From a virus, in the IMG/VR virus record IMGVR_UViG_3300045988_154458, positions 1 to 55,402 of that record: a DNA stretch of 55,402 nt, one strand, 5' to 3'. Each line of letters starts with the position of its first letter. Position 1 is the first letter of the stretch. Both the position numbers and the translations under genes were made by a program. Under the pieces are notes generated by a model. That model had not been told where the DNA came from. It was given only the letters and a program-made list of their open reading frames with translations, and searched no databases. Shown here in pieces: positions 50,582 through 55,402 of this stretch.

Positions 50582-50932
50582 TTAATTGGCATTTTGTTTA
50601 TCTCCCTTAAAATAATCTTCCACAATTTTGTGTATGATATCGTGGCTGTTAGAACTTATATTGCATAAATCTTCTTCTGTATATTCTTTTTCAACATTAA
50701 ATAAATAACAACCTATATAGCAGTGCATAAGTTCGTGTTTTAATGTTTGTTTCTTTTGGTCTAAGCATAAATCTTTATCAATATAAATTTTACTATTGTC
50801 TAAATATGTTAATCCAAAATATCTGCCCTCTTTCGGCTCTCCATCATATTTATATTCTCTAATTTTTTCTCTTATTTCTTCTTGAGAAAGTTCTATTATT
50901 TCCCATTCTCTATCATTCATTTCAAATTTCAT
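50582..50932 (-). CDS. HExxH zinc metallopeptidase (SprT/ImmA-like)
   Basis: FGLTYLDNSKIYIDKDL...TLKHELMHCY. Confidence 0.55.
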   Translation of the reverse strand: MKFEMNDREWEIIELSQEEIREKIREYKYDGEPKEGRYFGLTYLDNSKIYIDKDLCLDQKKQTLKHELMHCYIGCYLFNVEKEYTEEDLCNISSNSHDIIHKIVEDYFKGDKQNAN

Positions 50933-51058
50933 TTAATCAACCTCATTTTCATAAATATTTTCAGTTTTAACAAACCCTCCCAACTCATCCCTATTAAGTA
51001 AAGTTGTTCTTTTATTTTTTATATGTTTTTTAATCCCTTTTCTTAAATGATTAGACAT
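50933..51058 (-). CDS. Small hypothetical protein (41 aa)
   Basis: Hand translation MSNHLRKGIKKHIKNKRTTLLNRDELGGFVKTENIYENEVD. Fills an otherwise empty gap. Confidence 0.3.
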   Translation of the reverse strand: MSNHLRKGIKKHIKNKRTTLLNRDELGGFVKTENIYENEVD

Positions 51059-51073
51059 TCTTATTTTTTCTTT

Positions 51074-51610
51074 TTAATAGTCAGATATTGTTTTACCTTT
51101 ATTATGTTTGCTTTGATGTAATGAGGCATTAATAAACATTAAATTATCTTTTGAGGCATTTAATTTATTTTCATCTATATGATGAACATATGTATTTTTA
51201 TCCCACACATTTCCTATTACTTTCATTCTATCTAAACGCTTCATAGAAGAACTGGGAATATGACCTTTTATTTGAAAACTAGCCGTATCTTTATTCCAAG
51301 TTATAATACCGATTTCATTAGGTTCAGTCCATTCATAATCATACATAACTTTATCTCCTTCGTAAACATCTTTACCATTTTTATCCTTTAATCCCGTCCA
51401 CATCATAATAGATAAATCAATTTCATCAGCAATTCCACCACCAAAATCATCATCATATTCGTTATAACCTCTACATTTAAGAACATTTTCTTCAACATAT
51501 AATTCATATACATCAAATTCATCAATACAGCCAAATGATACACAATCTTTTAAATAAATCATTCTATTATGAACACTATCCCATGCTCTAAATTTTATTT
51601 CCCTATTCAT
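51074..51610 (-). CDS. YopX-family protein fused to a C-terminal HNH-like motif
   Basis: IKFRAWD...WTGLKDKNGKDVYEGDKV...KVIGNVWD is the YopX signature. C-terminus VHHIDENKLNASKDNLMFINASLHQSKH is H-N-H-like. Confidence 0.65.
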   Translation of the reverse strand: MNREIKFRAWDSVHNRMIYLKDCVSFGCIDEFDVYELYVEENVLKCRGYNEYDDDFGGGIADEIDLSIMMWTGLKDKNGKDVYEGDKVMYDYEWTEPNEIGIITWNKDTASFQIKGHIPSSSMKRLDRMKVIGNVWDKNTYVHHIDENKLNASKDNLMFINASLHQSKHNKGKTISDY

Positions 51611-51870
51611 TATTCCTCCACCTTTACAACTAAATTGGCTTTTATTAAATCATCAATATTTTTTGTATCAAACCATTCTTCATCACTAAATGTAGCAGTC
51701 CAATAACCTATTTCTTCTGTCATTTCAAATATTTCTCTGTCTTTATCAACACATATTATGTTCCACCATTTATTATCTATTTTTCTTTCATAAAACCCAG
51801 AAGATGTGTCAAACTTAAACCCATACTTTTGCAACACATCCAAATCCACATCTTTTCTTATTCTATACAT
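51610..51870 (-). CDS. Hypothetical protein
   Basis: 86-aa ORF. AAAGGACTGATATT precedes the ATG. Confidence 0.55.
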   Translation of the reverse strand: MYRIRKDVDLDVLQKYGFKFDTSSGFYERKIDNKWWNIICVDKDREIFEMTEEIGYWTATFSDEEWFDTKNIDDLIKANLVVKVEE

Positions 51871-51884
51871 AATATCAGTCCTTT

Positions 51885-52622
51885 CTATTCATTGGCTTTA
51901 AAATTATATATTGGTTTAATTATTTTAATAATATCTACTGTATCCCCTATATTGTCAATTATTTCTTGCATTGGTTTATATACAAATGGGGCTTCATCAA
52001 TGGTATTTTCATTTACCGAAGTTGTATAAATATTTTTCATAATTTCTTTATATTCATCTAAATTAAAAGTTTTTTTCGCTTGCATTCTTGACATTAGTCT
52101 GCCTGCTCCATGTGGCGCTGAACAATTCCAGTCATCATTACCTTTACCAATTCCAATAATACAACCATCTCGCATATTCATTGGTATAAGCACCTTTTCT
52201 CCTTTTTTGGCAGATATAGCACCTTTACGGACAATATTATCTTCAAATGATATGTAATTGTGTATTGTTTCAAAATAATTTATACAATCTAAATTCATTT
52301 TACTCATAATAACAAAAGCGATTTCTCTTCTATTTCTGCTTGCAAATTCTTGACATATTTTCATATCGTGCAAATAATTTTCTCTTAATTTTCCTTCTAA
52401 ATAGCATAAATCTTTTGGAATTTTAGTTTTTCCTTTGTATTTTTCGGTTATCTCATTTATTTTTGCTTGTATTTCATTTTCTCTATGTTCAACCTTTAAC
52501 ATATTAATTGTAGATTGTTTTTCTGCTTGCATTTCGTTTTCAAAAGAACATTCATGGATTGCTTCATCTTGATAATTTTCTTCTAGTGGCACTTCCTTCA
52601 GTTTGATATGTGTGTAAGTCAA
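51885..52622 (-). CDS. rtcB: RtcB RNA-ligase C-terminal fragment (5'-truncated)
   Basis: IHNYISFEDNIVRKGAISAKKGEKVLIPMNMRDGCIIGIGKGNDDWNCSAPHGAGR and DEAPFVYKP match RtcB C-terminal signatures. The N-terminal roughly 150 aa (metal-binding Asp/Cys/His region) are absent. The start is only a TTG, and the frame opens at 52631. Confidence 0.7.
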   Translation of the reverse strand: MTYTHIKLKEVPLEENYQDEAIHECSFENEMQAEKQSTINMLKVEHRENEIQAKINEITEKYKGKTKIPKDLCYLEGKLRENYLHDMKICQEFASRNRREIAFVIMSKMNLDCINYFETIHNYISFEDNIVRKGAISAKKGEKVLIPMNMRDGCIIGIGKGNDDWNCSAPHGAGRLMSRMQAKKTFNLDEYKEIMKNIYTTSVNENTIDEAPFVYKPMQEIIDNIGDTVDIIKIIKPIYNFKANE

Positions 52623-52728
52623 CCATATTTTTACCTAAATAATAAACATTATCTTCATAAACTATTTTTTCTGGAAGTTTTTCTCCATTTGCTATTTTAT
52701 TAAGCAAATCTATAATTTTAATTTTCAT
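52564..52728 (-). CDS. Possible small ORF (54 aa) running into the RtcB fragment in another frame
   Basis: Hand translation MKIKIIDLLNKIANGEKLPEKIVYEDNVYYLGKNMVDLHTYQTEGSATRRKLSR. Overlaps the first 59 nt of 51885..52622. Confidence 0.3.
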   Translation of the reverse strand: MKIKIIDLLNKIANGEKLPEKIVYEDNVYYLGKNMVDLHTYQTEGSATRRKLSR

Positions 52729-52948
52729 TCTTAACATCTCCTTTTGCTTTTTTGATTATTTCTAATATATCTTCAATATCTTCTCCATACAAACACATAC
52801 TTTTTGAATAGCAAGCTATTTCACCAACACCATTTAAAATTTTTTCAATTTCATTTAATGCTTGTTCTAATTTTTTTACATAATCGTTTAATTCTCCTAT
52901 TGTTTGTCTACCTACATTATCAACTACAATTTTAGTTTGTTTTATCAT
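52718..52948 (-). CDS. Hypothetical protein
   Basis: 76-aa ORF. AAGGAGTTGATTAA precedes the ATG. Confidence 0.55.
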   Translation of the reverse strand: MIKQTKIVVDNVGRQTIGELNDYVKKLEQALNEIEKILNGVGEIACYSKSMCLYGEDIEDILEIIKKAKGDVKNEN

Positions 52949-52967
52949 TTAATCAACTCCTTAATCT

Positions 52968-53189
52968 CTAAAAACAATTCTCTAAATATTCTGCTAATGT
53001 TATATGATATTCTTTTACGATTTCATTTTCTATTATTTCATCAAAATATTTGCTAAATATATAAAATTCATGTTTATTAATTTCTTTTGCACTATATACA
53101 TACTTGTGTATTGGTTTCTTTGAAGAAATTATTGCAACATTTCTATTATTATAGTCATCTGGTTTGCTTTGTATTAAATACCATTTCAT
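52968..53189 (-). CDS. Hypothetical protein
   Basis: Track ORF runs to 53222. ATG 53189 follows AAGGTGGGTGAGTAAA. Confidence 0.5.
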   Translation of the reverse strand: MKWYLIQSKPDDYNNRNVAIISSKKPIHKYVYSAKEINKHEFYIFSKYFDEIIENEIVKEYHITLAEYLENCF

Positions 53190-53190
53190 T

Positions 53191-53553
53191 TTACTCACCC
53201 ACCTTATATGCCATTTGTTCAAATTGCTCGTGTGTTATGACTGATTTTATTTCTTCTTCCCAATGTCCCACATCATCATTTGGGTTTTCATAATCATAGT
53301 AAAATTGTCGCATAGCACCTTTGCAATCGTCTATATTGAAAATTTTATCTCCATTAACGTAATCCCCAACTTCCAAAATATCAATTATGTTATAACTGGC
53401 TTTAACTACCTTATAATTTATTGTATCATGTGGTATTCTTGTTATTAATTTATAAAGAATTTTTTTATCATTGCTCAAATATATTAAATCACCATCAGTT
53501 TTAAATATTTTTCCTTCTTCTGTTCTGACATACATTTCAACTTCTAATTTCAT
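53191..53553 (-). CDS. Hypothetical protein
   Basis: 120-aa ORF. Confidence 0.55.
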   Translation of the reverse strand: MKLEVEMYVRTEEGKIFKTDGDLIYLSNDKKILYKLITRIPHDTINYKVVKASYNIIDILEVGDYVNGDKIFNIDDCKGAMRQFYYDYENPNDDVGHWEEEIKSVITHEQFEQMAYKVGE

Positions 53554-53660
53554 TTTTTATCACGTCCTATTATTAATAAAATTATATATAATATTGCTAC
53601 ACCTAATCCTATAAAAGCTCCTATAACTTCTATTTTTGCTCTTAGTTCTAACCAAAACAT
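53550..53660 (-). CDS. Small membrane peptide (36 aa)
   Basis: Hand translation MFWLELRAKIEVIGAFIGLGVAILYIILLIIGRDKK. ATGA overlap with the downstream gene. Confidence 0.3.
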   Translation of the reverse strand: MFWLELRAKIEVIGAFIGLGVAILYIILLIIGRDKK

Positions 53661-53673
53661 TATTTATCACCTC

Positions 53674-53931
53674 CTAAAACAATGGTTTGCCTATATATTC
53701 TAAACTAAAATAATTAGCAAAATACATATCAATTATAGTTATGACATCATCAGTTTTTATGCCATAATGTTCTTTAAATTTTGTTATTTCTCCAAGCAAT
53801 TCTTTTGCTTTCTTTTTTTCTTTAATTGATACTACTTTTCCATCTTCATAAACAACATTAACTTTTATTAATCCATAAAATTTAATATTAAAGTCTTTAC
53901 TATAATCTTTTTCAAATGTTACTTTTATCAT
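53674..53931 (-). CDS. Hypothetical protein
   Basis: 85-aa ORF. Confidence 0.55.
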   Translation of the reverse strand: MIKVTFEKDYSKDFNIKFYGLIKVNVVYEDGKVVSIKEKKKAKELLGEITKFKEHYGIKTDDVITIIDMYFANYFSLEYIGKPLF

Positions 53932-54194
53932 TATTTATCATCTCCTAATTTGTAGTGCTTGTTTATACTTAAACAACTTACTAACTTTATTTTTTTTATG
54001 TGTGATTTTCTAAACCTTACACCATTTTCTCTTATATCAGTACCTACAAAATAATGGTTTTTCATATCTAATAATTTTGTTTTATTCATATAGTCATTAG
54101 TTGAATATAAATAACCTCTAAAGGTATCATTATTAAACAATACAACTTCTACCATTTTGTTTAGATATTTTTGTTCAAATTCATTTTTTTTCAT
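53931..54194 (-). CDS. Hypothetical protein
   Basis: 87-aa ORF. 1-nt overlap with its neighbour. Confidence 0.55.
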   Translation of the reverse strand: MKKNEFEQKYLNKMVEVVLFNNDTFRGYLYSTNDYMNKTKLLDMKNHYFVGTDIRENGVRFRKSHIKKIKLVSCLSINKHYKLGDDK

Positions 54195-54729
54195 CAGATA
54201 CTCCTGTTATTTCTTTGTATTTTTGTAAAATTTCAGTAATTATTTGTCGCCTTTCTACTTTAAAATATTTTACATTGTTATCAATTTCTTTTTCTATATC
54301 ATTTTGAATTTTAGTAAATTCATCTTCTAAATACTTTATAAACTCTTTTTGTTGAGATAAACATTCATTTAATTCTCTTTCATAACCATCTCTTTCAGAT
54401 GTTCTATTATGTAAATCACATCTTACAAGTTCTAACTCTTCACTTATATCTTCAACTTGTTTCTTTAATTCTTGATTTTGATATTCTAATTGCTCTGTAT
54501 ACTCATTTAATTCTTCACTTTTTATATAGTAAGCTTTTTCCTCTTCCTCATCTAATGCAAATGGTTCGTTATTATGTTTATTAATATAAACCTTTCTTTC
54601 TTCATCAAAATCTACATACCCTATTTTTCTTAAATATCTTAATGCAAGTTCTGCGTCATCACCAAATGCAATCCAATTTAATTTTTGTTTTAATTCTTGA
54701 TTTTCTTTTATTATTTTTTCAATATTCAT
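54181..54729 (-). CDS. Hypothetical coiled-coil protein
   Basis: 182-aa ORF. Heptad-rich and acidic. Confidence 0.55.
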   Translation of the reverse strand: MNIEKIIKENQELKQKLNWIAFGDDAELALRYLRKIGYVDFDEERKVYINKHNNEPFALDEEEEKAYYIKSEELNEYTEQLEYQNQELKKQVEDISEELELVRCDLHNRTSERDGYERELNECLSQQKEFIKYLEDEFTKIQNDIEKEIDNNVKYFKVERRQIITEILQKYKEITGVSDEKK

Positions 54730-54930
54730 CTACTCATTACCTTCCATTATTAAATCTTTCCAAGGAGATATTTTCCTATAAACAATTTTACATTCTTCAT
54801 ATTTTATTTTTAATTGTTTTAATCTTTTATTTACAGTTTTTAAATTTTGATGCCTCTCTCCATCTCTATACCACTTTTCACCTTTTTTATAGGCTACTAC
54901 ATATTGTATATAAACTTCTTTATCATCCAT
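54730..54930 (-). CDS. Hypothetical protein
   Basis: 66-aa ORF, abutting its neighbours. Confidence 0.55.
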   Translation of the reverse strand: MDDKEVYIQYVVAYKKGEKWYRDGERHQNLKTVNKRLKQLKIKYEECKIVYRKISPWKDLIMEGNE

Positions 54931-55107
54931 TTACTCATCACTCTCTACTTTCTCTACTAATTTTTCAAATTCTTTATCTCCTAAATTATTAACTAAATCT
55001 ATTACTTGTTTTAGGAAAGTTAAAAATTCATCTCTTTTATCAAAACCAACAATTTTATTTCCGTAAATCACTGAGACCAAATTGCAAACTAATTGTTCTT
55101 TATTCAT
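54931..55107 (-). CDS. Small hypothetical protein, paralogue of 2290..2436
   Basis: Track ORF runs to 55116. ATG 55107 is in the same ATGAATAA overlap context as at 2429-2436. C-terminus ...VEKVESDE compares with ...LKVESDD. Confidence 0.5.
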   Translation of the reverse strand: MNKEQLVCNLVSVIYGNKIVGFDKRDEFLTFLKQVIDLVNNLGDKEFEKLVEKVESDE

Positions 55108-55399
55108 TACTATCACTTCCTTGTTCTAGTTCTTGTATTTTAATTAGCAATTCAGAGTAAGCATTATATCCTTGCCATTCGCAATTATGTTTTTTATCCC
55201 ACTCTAAATTTTCTTTTCTAGTACTTTTTAAAAATTCATTTAATTTATTCCAATTATCTTTTAGTTGTTTGTTCTCTTGTTTCAAGCTAAAATAAATATC
55301 TCTCATAGTAACCAAACATTCAATAAGTTCTTTTTTCTTAAATGTATCATAGTTTATTTCAACATTTTCGGTTGTTACTAATTTATATAAATAATTCAT
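55100..55399 (-). CDS. Hypothetical protein, paralogue of 2429..2752; its 5' end lies in the terminal repeat
   Basis: KQENKQLKDNWNKLNEFL and IQELEQGSDSNE are shared with 2429..2752. The ATG at 55397-55399 equals 107-109 in the left repeat copy. Confidence 0.6.
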   Translation of the reverse strand: MNYLYKLVTTENVEINYDTFKKKELIECLVTMRDIYFSLKQENKQLKDNWNKLNEFLKSTRKENLEWDKKHNCEWQGYNAYSELLIKIQELEQGSDSNE

Positions 55400-55402
55400 T
55401 CT
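55291..55402. repeat. Right copy of the 112-bp terminal direct repeat
   Basis: Identical to 1..112. Confidence 0.9.

Overview
This window is a complete genome of about 55.3 kb from a very AT-rich tailed phage (by eye roughly 25-30 % G+C). It has siphovirus architecture: a tape-measure protein and a major tail protein, but no sheath. The lysis cassette has no spanin, and the gene families present fit a low-GC Gram-positive, Clostridium-like host; the host call is inference. Bases 1-112 and 55291-55402 are identical, so the contig is circularly closed or terminally redundant, with 55,290 unique bp.

Layout:
- A leftward early/replication block runs 6296->1, continues across the junction, and ends at 37564. 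It encodes an SF3 D5/P4-type helicase, a PrimPol, an SF2 helicase, a family-B DNA polymerase, an ERF annealase, a YqaJ-like exonuclease, an SSB-like protein, a resolvase, HNH nucleases, an RtcB fragment and many small paralogous ORFs.
- terS (6887-7480) is an isolated rightward unit. It sits behind about 380 bp of helically phased CCCTT/AAGGG repeats.
- A second leftward block of small genes runs 9910->7916.
- A repeat-rich divergent control region lies at 10.0-10.4 kb.
- A rightward block starts at 10426. It contains five small genes, then an ORF-free RNA locus of about 1.2 kb (12.25-13.36 kb): a tRNA-like cloverleaf, tRNA-Trp, a highly structured RNA of about 630 nt, and a second sRNA.
- The late operon follows (13.4-34.1 kb): terL, portal, scaffold, a lambda D/E-like decoration + capsid pair, connectors, tail, fibres, two holin-like genes and an M23 endolysin.
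- A seven-gene accessory island follows the lysis genes (34.35-37.45 kb) and ends in tRNA-Cys.
- An intact IS3-family element (37882-39230) sits in the loop of a palindromic terminator.

Main items for follow-up:
- the large structured RNA next to tRNA-Trp (a ROOL/GOLLD-class candidate);
- the phased repeat field between the helicase gene and terS (ori or pac);
- a PolB gene split by an HNH homing endonuclease, additionally frameshifted, and fused in frame to ERF;
- an in-frame TAA inside the Walker A motif of the SF2 helicase;
- a 5'-truncated RtcB;
- a promoter/terminator-bounded sRNA of about 75 nt with 12-nt complementarity to the leader of the accessory island;
- the uncharacterised Gly/Cys-rich plus C1q/BclA-like accessory island.

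I found no integrase, partition system or clear CI-type repressor. All calls come from reading the sequence and from motif recall. No database search was run.
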